Below, in pieces: positions 28,960-43,297 of a stretch of DNA of 64,000 bases; the first letter of the stretch is position 1, and each line of letters starts with the position of its first letter. Source of the stretch: Trichinella spiralis (Eukaryota); contig NW_003526943.1 of the NCBI RefSeq assembly GCF_000181795.1, positions 6,788,122 through 6,852,121 of the forward strand, in the 5' to 3' direction. The translations under genes and the position numbers were made by a program. The notes under the pieces are model-generated. The model saw only the letters and a program-made list of their open reading frames with translations. It had not been told where the DNA came from and ran no database searches.

Positions 28960-29160
28960 TTCTGTCTGCTGAACATCCGCACAGAATTTGATAAACGATG
29001 TTTGACGTTGGCGCATTTTCGTCAATCACCCAGCAATAGTGTTGTTTTTGGTAACACGTGTTATTAACTTTGTAGCTTACTAACACGCACTTCGATTGTT
29101 TGTCAAGTTGATGATATTACAATGACATCTGATCACACGAGTATGCTGTACGTTGTGACT
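28960..29160 (-). pseudogene. Degenerate cadherin-repeat relic
   Basis: TYSILV*SD....ST*QTIEVRVS then frameshifted VNNTCYQKQHYCWVIDENAPTSNIVYQI follows the cadherin junction pattern YxLxVxAxD...STxTVxVxVxDxNDNxPxFxxxxYxxxVxENxP. Confidence 0.4.
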
Positions 29161-31288
29161 CTTTTTTCCACACAGTTAATCAATTAATTAAATAGTTTTG
29201 CTTTTTGTATGCAAAAACAATTTTTGTTCATGTTTAATTTGCACAATACATATTTTATTATTGCTTTGTAGTAATTTAGTATGCTTTCAAGTAGAAAGAA
29301 AGTATCAATGCTTTGTTTTCCATTACACATGTTCAGATTGTTTGAAATATTTTTTCTCTTATTACTTTTGAGTAAATAAGCAACCTCTATCATTAATTTA
29401 ATTATTATGCATCATCATCATTTTCAATGACATGCATATGGCAGTTTTGTGAAGGGAAAATTTTCTTTGCATTCTTTCATTTCATATTCAACGAAAATTA
29501 TTTTTTAAATTAATGTATAATTAGAGTAATTTATATATCATGTGTAAAGCAGCTAGTCGTCAAAATACATTGAATAACTGACATTGTATTTTGCTAAAAT
29601 GAACGGTGGGTAGTTTTATATGATTTATTTTATTGCTGCTACACCAGTTTAAATAGCTTGGAACTAACAAAATACTAGATGATTATGAATAATTAATAAC
29701 TTTTTAAATAATTATTTACTTCTAACATCATTTCTTTTTTTATTTTATTCGTGATTTTATTTTATTCTAAGTTTTTTATTGATCTGATCATATTGCAGTT
29801 AGAAATTTTCGCAATTGAAATTTACAATCTGCACGTAATAAAACCTTACAAATTATAATTTGTTGTTTAATATTGAGCTAATATTTTTAAAATTATTATT
29901 CAATTTCTACTGAACATTCGTAAAGTGATCAATATTACTTTTTGTAAGCTATATTTATTGTTATTGAAATTCAAATAAAAATTTAATCAAAGCATTTTTC
30001 AAATATATTTAAAAATTGTTGTGTTTTATATTTTCCTTTAATTTAAACATTATTTTCTTGCATTTTTACATATCTAAAAGGGGGTTTAAATTGGTTCATT
30101 TTATTATCAGATTATTTTAAAATATCTCACTTTCATCTTAGTTTCAATGCCAAAAATATGGAAACATGTATTTTATTACTATTTAAATAACATTGAAATG
30201 AGAACATATTTTGCAACTGGAAAGCATAATTATATTTTTTATGACACTGGTGAGCAAGCGACGACGTTGCTTTTTTAAAACAATGCAGCATTTTACTGTT
30301 CTGTTTGATTGGGCATTTGTGAGAAGAGGTTTCCTTTTTCATATAAGCAACGTTATCAGGTGTTTAACGCCTGCATTAATGATGAAATTGGATATTATCT
30401 ATGGTTTATTTTGCTGTTTGCCTCCTATTCGAACATTTTAATCTGTTTTATGATTCAAAAAGTATGTCATTTGTTTAACGACAAGATTTGCTTTCTCCTG
30501 TGTTATCGTGTATCATATATACATGTATAATTTATGAAAGATTTCATTTTTTTAATTTTTTCCATGTGCCTCACTTGTAGCAATACTTTGTGACGTGCAG
30601 AGTTCTTTTAAATTCAATGACTACTGAATGCAATTTAGCATGATAATAATAATGCGTTATCATAATCTAGTCGAATTTAAGGTAAACTTCTTGAAAAGAA
30701 GAAGTTAGATTGGAATGAATCGTTGTATAACAAAAATAAGCGAGCTGTTTTGAGATTTCAACCAACGTAATCCACTTTCGCTTGAAGCAGAAGGCTTTTC
30801 ACTTCCACCGTTCTATCCGCTGCGTTGTCATGTTGATGTTGAGCGTCAGTTGCATGAAGCATTTCAATCTAGTCTACCCATTGCATTGCTGAATTTGCCA
30901 GACCTTGTTGATCCGACGAAAGCGTGAGGTTTACCTCTTTGGCGTTCAGCCCCTCTCGAGTTCTTCTCTTTAAACTTTAAAACTTTAAAAGCACCGTCAT
31001 CGTAGTCAATTTTCTAACTTTCCCAAATCTGGCTTTTGACAAGCTTCCCGTTGTCAATGGTTGGTCTTTATCTCATTTTACAAATTTCTGCCCCTCGTAT
31101 TTATTTTTATCACAACCTCAAGCTGAGTTGTAGCTGATGAAGAGAAATTGATTTTCACTTCAAATTCATTTGCATGCAAATTTTACTGATAATGACGATC
31201 TTGTTTAAACATCTTATAAATTAATTGTTTATCCGACTTTTCCATACTGCTTCTTTCTATCTCCGCTGACCGTCTACTGATCATCAAT

Positions 31289-31322
31289 TTCTCTGTCTCT
31301 CTCTCTCTCTCTCTTTCTCTCT
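31289..31322 (+). repeat. (TC)n microsatellite upstream of nephrin
   Basis: tctctgtctctctctctctctctctttctctc. Confidence 0.85.
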
Positions 31323-31549
31323 TCAGTGATAATTCCGTTGTATTGTTTGTTGCTTTGTTTCGCTTCTCTTTCCAAAATATCGCGCTTTTTATTACGTTTC
31401 CTTCATTTGTGATTTGATGCAATTCAATTTTTAGTTTCTACATATAACGTGTGCAGGTTGTGTCTGGCCAACCTGACAAGCGCTGGATTGATGGCATTGA
31501 GTAGACAACTTACGTGCTCTTTCATTTTAACCTGCTCTCAATCTCCATA

Positions 31550-34500
31550 ATGGCAATATTTGTGTGGAGTCGTCAGTTAGTGGCAACTGTCATTATTATT
31601 TATGGTAAGCATTATAAAAGTTGGCCGTTTTTCAACTTTTTAGAAATAAGTACTTCTAAATTTAGCATCGCTACTTTCATATTTTTTATAAACGCATGTG
31701 AACTTAATAATAAATTTGCATATATTGCATAAATTGATAAAAAGCTTGAAGCGTTTCATTTTGGTATATTTATTGTTAAGCTTTGTTTTCTTCTTCTTCT
31801 AAATGCATCCTTGGAAGATCTTTTCTTGCAGAAATTGTTCTTTAGTGTACATAATGTAACATAATTTTATTTGCATGCTATGTTAGTTTAACTTTAGCTG
31901 ATCATAAAAATACATGTAAAAGTTTTCATCATTTTAAAAATTAAAATCAACATTATTAATTACTAGGGTGAAAATATTTTTCAACGAGAACATCAAGACA
32001 TAAATAAACCAAAGTAAATGTCATATAAAAACAATTTATATATATAAGGTGAAAATGTGTTAAATTTTTATTACTTTATTTGATGCACTTTCAAATACAT
32101 TGAATGCGATTTAAATCATTTGAAGTTAAAAGGAAAAAACGGGGACCGTTTTGTACATTGTTTTGCAAAGCACATGATGAAGTAGGCTGACAACTTTGTA
32201 AATATCAATGAAACCACATGTGTTGTGTTAATTTTACTTTGATGCTTTTTCAGTTTGCTCATTGCAACTCACCATTGATCAGATTGCAATAACTTTAATG
32301 ACGTTATATTCCTCTTTTTAAGTAATTATGTTATTTTGATTTTAATCAAAGATAAGCTGTTTAAACTTTGTTTAAGTTCTTGAACTCTGAGCAAAAGCAA
32401 CATTAAATCAAAAGAAATGAAATAAGAATTCTTCAACAGTATTATCGTATTGTTTTTTATAAGCTTTAATATTTTTGAAGAGTCTGAGCATTGCTGAGAC
32501 AACTGCTAAACTGGAAGACTGCTTTTTATTAAATGATCCGTGACTGATTTATTGCTTATCAGCATTTCACTGATTCAGTCTTTGAAATTCTGTTTCAGCA
32601 TTTTGAAAAATTTTGCACAAATAAGTATAGAAATCTGTTGACAGAATTGAATAGAAATGCAAATTCATTAAAGAAATTTGTGAAATAAATAATTGCTGAG
32701 CTAGGAATTGAAAATATTTCCTGTTTTCAACAAAACAAAAAAAAAATACCCTACTCCAACAGCAGCTTTCACACTACTCAATTCATTCTATTACAATAAA
32801 ATCAAATAGAGCAACACCCATAATCTTTGCACTTGCTATTCAACAGCAGTTGCATTTTTTTCTCTTCTTTATAAACAAGTGTTCGTAAATAGCGTTTATA
32901 AGCCGGCTTTCTTATGATCACACTGGCATAGTTCAGTTCCTTTTTCATGAACAATTTTTTCGCATCGCATAGCACATTCTATTCATGCATATTTAGCCTT
33001 TTGCCAAATGAGAATTACATCTGTCACTATTCTCACTATTTTTGGATCATAAATCTTATCAAAATGGAAAAATATGGCGGATTTTTTTCTCTTAACCTCA
33101 ACTGGAAATCAATTTGCCCAGTGAAGCACAGGCGCCAAATCTCTTAAGCCTTTTTCAAGCAACTGGTGCCAAGCATTTTGCAATAGCGAATCACTTTTGC
33201 CCGTTCAATTCAAACGTTCATAATCTATGAAAGTTGCAGTTGTTGTTATAGTATAGAAAAATTACATGCTTGTTTCTAAACATATGGCATTATAATTTTT
33301 CTGTAGAAAATCTGTTCATGCAATTTTTTTCTTTGTAAATAATAATTTTATTTTATATTATTCATTTTACAATGCAATCTCTGCATTAAAGTTGGATAAA
33401 AACGCACAGTTCTATTCAGTTTTACATTATTTTTAATTAATTTAGTTGTTTTTTTAGCTTCACTGGTTGCAACCCAAAAACAGTATTTCAAAGTACCACC
33501 GAATAACGTGACCGTTATTGAAGGACAAACTGCTGTTCTTCAATGCATTATTAGCAATCAACAAGGTCACACTCAATGGACAAAAGGTGGAACATTTCTA
33601 GGTAATATTTAAAATCATTAACACCGACATAATAACAAATTATTATTTTTTCTTCATTCAATATTTTACCTGCTGCAAATTTAAATTCTCGATCATGGAA
33701 TTTATCTAACATCAAATTTTTTAAGATTTTTCTTTAAAGTTGATTTTTTAATTTTTATTTTTTAAAATTCCTATAGATGAAAATTTCTATTTCATATTTC
33801 AAATTTTGCATATTATTTAGGCATTGATTACAATTTATATGGCTATGACCGATATCGAATTGTTGGTAGTCGTTCATCTGGTGAATACAATTTAGAAATT
33901 AGCCAGGTAAAGTTTGAATGAATTGAAATTTTTCATTGTTTAAACTTCAAATATTTTGCAGGCAAAACTTGAAGATGACGGTGAATTTGAATGTCAGGTT
34001 TCGCCTGGGTCTGAAGATGGAAAAGGACTTCGAGCTGTTGGATCTTTAAATGTTTTGAGTAAGCACTTAAATTTGGCAAATGTATTAATAATAAGTAACA
34101 AATTACAGGAAAATGAATTAATTGCATTCAGTAATAAAAGTAATGTTTTACAAAATGTTAACATAAAATACCATGTGTGCCATCAGTGAGTGTAAAAGTT
34201 TAACATAACCGCTACAAATTTTATTTATATTTATTTCATTGCTGAAGTGAAGTTGTATTTTCTGTGCTGATAAATTTACACAGTTGAATTGATTGAATAG
34301 CATAATGAAGCTACTAATTCTGTGCTTTGAACATCGATTGACACCTTGGGGTGCCTATTTAATCCTTTTCAAATGAGCTACTTAATAGTTGCAACGATAT
34401 CCCAAATTTGTAATGACCACTGAATCACGTGCCACTGTGGTTCCGTTTCCTCAGTGTTTATGAAATACGCCATCTGACTGTCCAGCTGATTTCAAAACTT

Positions 34501-37500
34501 AATTATTCAGCATGTTTATTGGACTATTTTGAATTGAGTCGCTTAATCATTATTGAAACATGCACTCCTTGTTACATAAGAATGTGAGTTAATATTTCGA
34601 ATTATATTGCTGATCGACCAGCAGTAAGTAATATACATTGACGATTGCTAACCAATGTACGCAATTCTGTCCTTGAGGCGCTGTTCACATTCTGTTTACC
34701 GATTCAATGCACTGCACCATCTTTTGTAATGTTCATAACAAATAATTAGAAGAAACTGAAAAATATTTTAATAAAACGATATTTCTGTTTACAATATGCT
34801 GGATTAGGTTAACTTTGATCTTCTCTGGAAATAATCTGTCAAATTATTTTGTATTAATTTTGTTCATCATAAAAATGTTAAATATTATTTCCTGATCGAT
34901 GAAATAAAAATGCCACAATCTCGAAAACATAATTTCACAGCTGTGTTTAAAGATAAACAAATTATACTAATGAAAAATAAATTTAAATCCATTTGAGAAA
35001 ATTACTATAAAAATGCTTTTTAGTACCACCAAAAATTATCACTCTGGATCCAGAGAAAGACGGTGGTAAAGTGGAATCACGTTCTGGTCGCACAGTTGAA
35101 GTGCATTGTCGGGCTGTCGGTAGCAAACCAAAATCTGAAATTCGATGGTACAAAAATGACAAATTAATCCAAGGTTTGCTATAGCAAAGCAAAGCTAGCC
35201 TACTTTGAGCTTGAATGTTTTACATTAAATTTAGATTCGAACGTTTTTGAAGAAAGTGTTCAAGAAAAGGATAAGCTGATCACAACAGTTTCTCGAATTC
35301 GATGGGTTGCTCAACCTGAAGATGATGGAGCAATATTTACGTGCAGCGCAAGGCATCCGGCTTTATTAGCTGATGATGCACTGAGAACCAACTTTACACT
35401 TTCTGTTTTATGTAATTTGATAATAATTGCGTAAAGATGGAAACAAATTTGAAAATACAAGTTGTAAAATTATTCAGATCCCCCTTCGTTTCCTGAAATT
35501 CGAGGTTACGACGGACGAACGTTAAAAGCTGGTGAAAAACTTCGTCTTGAATGTGAAGTAACAAATGGAAATCCACCTCCAGAAGTGTTCTGGTATCGGA
35601 ATGATAAAATCATTGATCGAACATATGTCACACATTCAACAGTAAGAATAAATTTCAGCTATTTAGCATAATTTTCTGTCATAAAGAATATATACAATAA
35701 TTTGAATAAAAGTTTGAATTATTAAAGTTGAAGCTAGCAAAATATTTCACATTGCTTGATCCACTTTTTAGTCATCCACGAACGATTATGACTTCATTGT
35801 TGATGGTAGTGATCACGAGGCGGTCTATGCTTGTCACGCATCCAATCCAGCAGTTGTAACTCCACTCACATCAAATGTTCGGTTGAATGTTTTTTGTAAG
35901 TTAAATTTCATGCTTTATATCAATAATTTGATTTTTAAACAATAAGTAAATGATCTGTTAGCAAGGCAGTTTTCGAGAAATGCACATTAATATTTTGAAA
36001 TAGTAAATGTTTTTTTTATTTAAAATATAACAAACGATAACAAAGTTTATTATGATGCAGATCCACCAAGTAAAGTGCACGTAATTGGTCCAGAATTATC
36101 AAAAATTGGTGATACCGTTAGTTTCTCCTGTATCTCTGGTTCGTCAAATCCTCCTGCTAAAATATATTGGGTGATAGATGGCAAGCCAATAAAGGAAAGC
36201 GTTAGTTCGATTCGGCCTTCTTCTGATGGGAAAGGTAAATTGAAAATTCAAAATTGCTCCTCTGTGTGAACTGTGTGAAAATTAGGGATTTTTGCAGGCT
36301 TTTTCAGCGTATCTAACATTTCGGTGCAAATAACAAATGAAAAACGTGATGTTCAAATTGTCTGTTCTGTCGTAAATGAAGAAATTCTACCAAGCGAAGG
36401 CGGTCGTTTGACAAGCTCTAAAAAAATAACGGTCCTCTGTAAGTAGTTGGATTACATTATTTTTCAGTTTTAATTGAATAATATTGAAATTATGTCAATT
36501 CTATTTTGTTCTTATAATTTAAAATTTTAGATTATAATATTTGAAAAAAATTTTTACATTTCAGATCCTCCAGAATCAGTTTCAATATTTGGATATGACG
36601 GAACACCCGTAGTTGCTGGTAATATACAGCGGCTTTCTTGCGTAGCCGTTGGCGGCAATCCATTACCGACCATAAATTGGTTCAAAGGAAAGCGCAGAGT
36701 AAATTTTGAACATTTTGTTTTCAATTATTTATTTGAATTCTACTGCATGACTATTCATTGAAGATAACAACTGGGATATTAAATACTGTAAGCGATAATG
36801 CAGCTCAGAGTGAACTGGCCTTTCCTGTAGCCGCCTCAGACAACTCGGCCGCATACAAATGCAGTGCCCAAAACGAAGCTAGCACAAAACTGCTCACCGC
36901 ATCTGTTAATCTGACGGTGCTATTTCCACCCAGTTCACTTTCAATTCACGTGAAACCAGATATTCTGAAAGTTGGTAACATTGCTCAATTAACTTGTGAA
37001 ACAAGTTCCGGAAATCCAGCTCCAGTAATTACATGGTGGCGTGATGGCGAAAATGTTGCTGGTGTTGATGTGCACAACAAAAGGTGAGAATTCATAAAAA
37101 TATATATATGTATGTTTTTGAATTTAAATTTTTCACTTTACTCATTTTTCAACAGTGGTTTCAACGGAGGATGGGTCGTGAAGAGCAAGCTGTATGTTCC
37201 TCTTACAGCTGAAGAGGATGGCATGAAATATACATGCCGTGCCACTACTGCCGAGATTGGTCAAAGTGTAAACGAAGTGGTTTCTCTTTCTGTGAGATGT
37301 AAGCATTTTTAAAATTTATATTGATTAATCTTTTTTTTGAATTAATTTTTTTTCAGATTCACCTATGTTCTTTTTACGAGATCCGCAAGAAATAACAGTG
37401 CTAGAAAATGAAACAGTTGTACTGAATGCAACTGCCTCTGCTAATCCTGAACCTATTGTTTATGAATGGCTCAAAGATGGAAAGCCGATGCGAAATTCAT

Positions 37501-40500
37501 TTTACAAATCAAATAAGCCAAAAGTTGTTCTTTCTGGTTCAGTACTGACTATTAACGAAATAGATCGAGCTCACAGTGGTCGATATACTTGTAAAGCGAA
37601 GAATTCCGAAGGAATTTCTACCATGATATTCATCATTTCTGTGAAATGTAAAAATGAACATTTTTGAAAATTTATTTTTCAGCATTGCAGTTCGATTTAA
37701 AAATTTTCAGATTCAGCTGAAATCACGCATATTACTGAATCGGTTACAAAACGTGTTGGCGATGATGTGCAACTTGAATGTGAAGCAACAGCATTTCCTA
37801 TAGTAGACAATATGATTGGCTGGGAACGAGATGGATTTAACATGTCTAGAGTTTCTATAAGACATACATCAGAAATGTCAATGTTAAAAATTTCTGATAT
37901 TAACATAGAAGATGCAGGAGCTTTTACTTGCACTGCTTACAATGGGATTGGCACCAGAGCAAAGAAAAAGGCTTGGATTATTGTCAAACGTAAAAATTTT
38001 TATGTTGCATTAAAAAGTAGGGCTTTTTTAATTTGTTGAACTTTATAACTTTAGATGCTCCAACTGTATACAAGAATTTGACTTATTCTAAAGTAGCTTC
38101 TGAAGTAGGAGCTGAAGTAGTTCTAAAGTGTTTGTGCAGAGGTGCACCGCAGGTTTCGTGGCAGTGGAAGCGAGATGATGGAAAAGAATTGGATTATGAT
38201 GTGCGGTTCAACGTTCAATCGAATCAAATTTCACCATTGGAATATGAGGCAAATAAACCGTCACAATTCTTTACACATGTGATTATTATTAATTTTTTTA
38301 GACTAAGCTAGTGATTAAGCGAGTTCTTCAAAATGATTACGGAAAATATATTTGCATTGCTAGAAATGAATTGGGAACCGATCAGTTTGAAATTCCCTTA
38401 AGACATTTGAGTAAGCGCTATCTATATTATAGCATTTTTCAAAATTTTTAAGGATTAATATTATTAATTATACTTAATGGAAAAATAATTTTTTGAAACT
38501 AAATTCAGGCAAGCCAGATCAACCGACAAATTTGACGATTAGCAACATTTCTCACGACGCAGTTAGTCTTCAGTGGCGTGAAAATTTTGATGGAGGCTTA
38601 AATCAGCTGTTCAGAATTCGATACTTTTCTTGGCGTAAATGAATTTCTTCTTTTCAGCTTCTACAGTATTTGCTTTTACAATGCTTTAACTTATTTCAGA
38701 TGCTCCAGAAAGGCCATTATTTTCACCAACGGTAAATGAAACTACAATAACAATTAATGGTCTATCTCCGTCGACAAAGTACTCCTTTGCCGTTGAAGCG
38801 TTGAACAGACTTGGCAGTAGGGGCTTTTCCAAAAGCACCGTCAGCGCCGAAACACTAAGTAACAAGCATTATTTTACTATAAATTAAAGTCCACCATTGA
38901 AGCAAACGTTTTAGGAATTTCTGGAATAGCCAATCAATTGGGCATTAAAGAAGATATTCCAATTTTGGTTATTGTGCTTGTTTGTTTGGTTGGAGTTGTT
39001 TTGCTCGCCTTGAACGCTTTTCTTGTTCTTTGTTTCATCCGACGTCACAGAAATCGTAAATTGCAAGGTATTTTGTTTATTTATATTGTTCAGTTTATTG
39101 TATTTTTGAAGAAAAAATTACAAATTAAAAAACAGCATTTTTATTATAATGTATTTCTTCTTAATTTAATTCAAAAATACACGTTTGCATTCTGATCCTG
39201 TTTTATTGGGCTTTAATGATTTTGCATCTGATGATGTTGCTCGTTTCGTATTAATATGCATGCTTCTCTCTTTTGCACGTGTAAAAGGACTTTTAAATAA
39301 TAGCATTGCTCATCAAATTTAAAATTTTACAATTTGATGACAAAGGCATTCTTTTTTGAAACTATTCTCCAGTAACATTCTGCATGTAACATTTAACAAC
39401 CTGCAAATATTTACCAATGCTTTTTCGTAGTGTACGTTTTTGTTTTCATGTTTTATTTAGTGCTGGAACACAAGGTTTTGGTGAATAATAATGCGGATTG
39501 TAGTCCCTCTGGGAAAACAGACGATTCTTTTTCAGGTATGATTTGCGTTTCAATTTTGAGGGCTTCTTAATTATGATTACTTTTTTCCATTCTGACTTTT
39601 AACATATTTTCAACTGACAAATTTGGATGAATGCTGCGTGTAGTGCATTTATTGATTGTATACGCACGTAAACCTCTACAATAAACAAATGAGCAGTTTA
39701 CAGGGAAATTTTGTTTTATTAATTATTTAATGAATTTATTTTAGAAAAAGCTGCAAACGTAAGGTTACTTGAACAAGCACAACCAGAGGCGGCTCCTTAT
39801 GCAGTAGTTGAGAAACTGCTTAACGGTTCTGTGAACAATCAAGAATCATCAGTTCAATTCGAATCCAATTCTAATAATCGTGCTTCTCAGTTCAGCGAAG
39901 ATAACATGTCCATGCGGACTGTAATTGTAAGCATGTAATTTTTTGTTTCGACAAAAATTTACACTCATTTTTGTTTTCAGGAAGTCGATTCCGCTGGTCG
40001 TCCAATATTCAATAAACCATACGGTGCGCTTGAACAGCCTTCATATTTCAATTATCAGTCTAATTTAGATTATGGTAAGAGAATGTGATTGGAATTTGGA
40101 AAATATAATAAGTGAGGTTTTTGTCACTTTCAACAGATAATGCTCCTTCTGATGCGCTATATGCGGAAAGTTTGAGAGCCAACACACTGCAAAGACAGTT
40201 GATGTCTCCGCTTTATGAAGATTCAACTGCTTTTCATGTACGTACATCTTTGCTTTTAAAATTTACCGCAGTCATCAATAGTTGCATAGTTGCGAATATT
40301 AATTTTATTCTACTTACTATTTGCAGGGTGCATCAGATGAAGAATTTACTTTGCCAATGATGGGTCCTCTCAGGTCAGTAAGCCAAGAGCTGAGCAATTA
40401 TTCCGGTTTTGCAAATTCGCCAACTATCAGATCTTCAAGCTTACGTCGATCAGTGTTTGACAGGTTTGCTGAATTTGTAGCATATTTTGTAAAAATGTAT

Positions 40501-40889
40501 TTTATGTACAATGATAAATAGCTATTTGTCAATGCTGAATGCAATTTACTTTTTTTGAGAGAGGAATTTTCAAGATATAAATTTAAAATTATATAAATAT
40601 TAAAATGGAATTAGTTTTTTGAACTTTTGATTTCATTTGCAGAGGTTCTCCGAATATCTCCAGTCAAGCAAGCACTGTTGGCACTGTTGTTTACAACAAT
40701 GGTCGATCACCTTTTGCTGAAGTCAGACCAATGCCATCACCACAACGCAGCGGCTATGCAGTGGGAAATTCTGCAACTGTGAACGGTTCTTCCGGTGTCA
40801 ATACTTCTTTGCTCAGCACATTTCCAAACAGTGTGAATTCAAGAGACTACATGGCCTTCGACGGAGGCTTAACAGGCGATATTGTTTGA
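31550..40889 (+). CDS. syg-2: Nephrin / SYG-2 immunoglobulin-superfamily adhesion protein (signal peptide, ~9 Ig, 1 FN3, TM, cytoplasmic tail)
   Basis: Exon 31550-31604 (MAIFVWSRQLVATVIIIY) splices in phase to 33458 (QKQYFKVPPNNVTVIEGQTAVLQC...QWTKGG). Repeated SNPP/GNPP Ig motifs, FN3 WRENFDGGLNQ, TM ILVIVLVCLVGVVLLALNAFLVLCFI-RRHR, ending LTGDIV* at 40889. Confidence 0.93.
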
Positions 40890-42415
40890 ACTGCCAGGGT
40901 TTGTTTTAAAATTTTTATTAACATAAATTTATTTAAATGAATTCTTTGTTCATTCCTGTTCAAAGTTATTCTGTTGTTGTTTCTTACGCAATTGCTGCTG
41001 TCAGTTGTAAACAAAATCAATTTATCTTTTTTTCATGGGAAGTGAACGTGACCGATGCTACTTAGTTATATACATATATATATATGGAATTTGAAAAAAA
41101 ATTGAGGGTCTTTTTTTCTGCATTTCGTATGAAACAACAAAGTGTCATTGCAAGGTTGGAAAATTTCACTTGCATGACTGAAGCTCTGTTTTGTGTGAAG
41201 TGATTTCTTGTGAACTATTTATTCAGGCTAATTTTCGATGTTTTTATTTAATTGTTTGTTTACTGATTAATTTATTCAATTGTTACTATTGCGTTCCGTT
41301 TCTAAAAGCTTTTACTGATTTGTTTGTTATGAAACAGTGTTATTTCAAAATAAATGTTGAACTACACAAAAAATCAAAGTAATTTAAAAGTGATACAACG
41401 AACCTTTTTCTGCATACAACATTATGTATATGTATATTGTATTATAATTTTGAAATTTACAAACTATCTGGGTTTAAATGAAATTGGGAATGTATATGGC
41501 AGATAAGTTGCAAGTTCATTAATTTTATGTCCTCTTGCAGTAATTTTAATTCAAGTATTTAAAGTGTTGTTCATTATATTATTGAATTTGATATTCCGAA
41601 TGCTAGATAGCATTTGAATATTTAATTTGGCAATGCAATAATTACACAAAAGCAACTGAAGCGAAAATTTAAAAACAGCAGCCGCTGATGTGCGTGGAAA
41701 AGATGTATTATTTAATATAACATCAGTGCATGTTAGCAGGTTAGCTAATGGTGCTAATGCACGTTCGAACCGTGCATCGTTTTTGTTGTCATTACTTTTA
41801 GCTTTATTGCTGTTGTATTTTATTGATTATTGCTTAAATATTAAATTATTCCTTTGTAAAAACTAAAAAACTAATCTGTTTGCAAAAATTCTGTTGCTTA
41901 GGTAAAAGTGTAATTTTTAACAGTACTTTTGAACAACATTGCTATAAATATTATCGATATGTTTCTAAAAATACTTTAGATAAATAAGTATAAATTGTTC
42001 GCGCGATGAATATGCATAAATTTTACAGATAAATAGCACTTTTTGTTTTATTTTATCTTATTTTATATACAAAAGTTAACATTATATGAGATGCCTTTTC
42101 TAAATGCAACTGAAGTAAATAAATATATTACAATAAAAAGTAATAAAACAGATTTAATTTAAAAAGTTTAAATGAAACAGTAGATAATTTTCTTAATTAA
42201 CTTAACCTTAGTTTAACAACATTTAAAGAAGATAATCTGCGTGTCATATTTTTTAATGCTTTAATCATAATAAACAAAAATACTTATTACTTTTATTGCA
42301 AAATATCACTGTGTACTAACAAACAGATTTACACATATTTTTCAAAATCGTTCTAATAAACAATGACTAATTTAGTGCTTTCCAAATGTTGATTATTCTT
42401 TTTTCACTTAATTTA

Positions 42416-43297
42416 TTACACAGCACTTTTTGGAGCATAAGAATCTTGCAGTTCTTTCATTTCCTGTAACAGTGTTATTAACTGAATAGCATAATCAATT
42501 ATATTTTCTTCACATTTATGAAGTTTAACGATAAAGTGTTGAGCCAGTTTATAATTATAATTTTAAAATTGCAATTTCTTAATTATTGAACAATGTTCAG
42601 TAAAAAGTAATAAATTCACGAAATCAGTTATAACATTAATAAGTACTTACTTTTATTTGACATTTCTTTATACATTTTTCAAGAAACGATGCAGGAAGCA
42701 AGAGTAAAATGATTTTATGTGCTTTCTTTGTACATTTCTCTATGCATTTTTTGTTAATGCCTTCTAAATCGGAACGCATGGTGGTATACTGGTCAGCAGT
42801 CTAAATTTGTAGTTATTAATTCACTTCATAATTAATTATTGTCATGTTATGAAGGGATTTTATTCTTTTATATCATATAATTTCATGTAGCTGATTGAAT
42901 TCATTTTATTAATTCTTTTGCTTTGAATTTTAATTGCTAGTAAGTTTATTTTCCAAAATGAAAATAAAAGACTGCAAATGTTGTATTGCTATTTTGAATA
43001 TTGCTTTACATACCTGTATGCTTTTCTCCAAACTTTCTAATGTTACTTTATATTCTTCATTGGTCTGAAATTTCGAGTAACATTATAATAAATTAAAATT
43101 AATTTTTTAAATTAGTTATTAAAATTTTTTTTATGATTTAGTGATAAAAAATTTATTTCATTTATTTCAGCCTTACTACTATTATTATGCACATAACGCT
43201 TTGGAATATTACATTCAAAATCAAAAACTTTACTTACAGAAGTGCTCTCGACTAGTGAAATAATAAATAATAAAGTGAATAACCACAGCAGTTTCAT
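42416..43297 (-). CDS. Small secreted orphan protein (~102 aa) with two CX3C motifs
   Basis: Four exons with phase-0 GT-AG introns: 43297-43238 MKLLWLFTLLFIISLVESTS; 43064-43014 TNEEYKVTLESLEKSIQ; 42800-42651 TADQY...KKCIEKCTKK...EKCIKKCQIK; 42463-42416 EMKELQDSYAPKSAV*. Confidence 0.8.

Noticed and set aside
41757..41777. Hairpin ATGCACG-ttcgaac-CGTGCAT with B-box-like core
   Set aside because: No A box, cloverleaf or CTRR terminus; not a tRNA or Helitron end.
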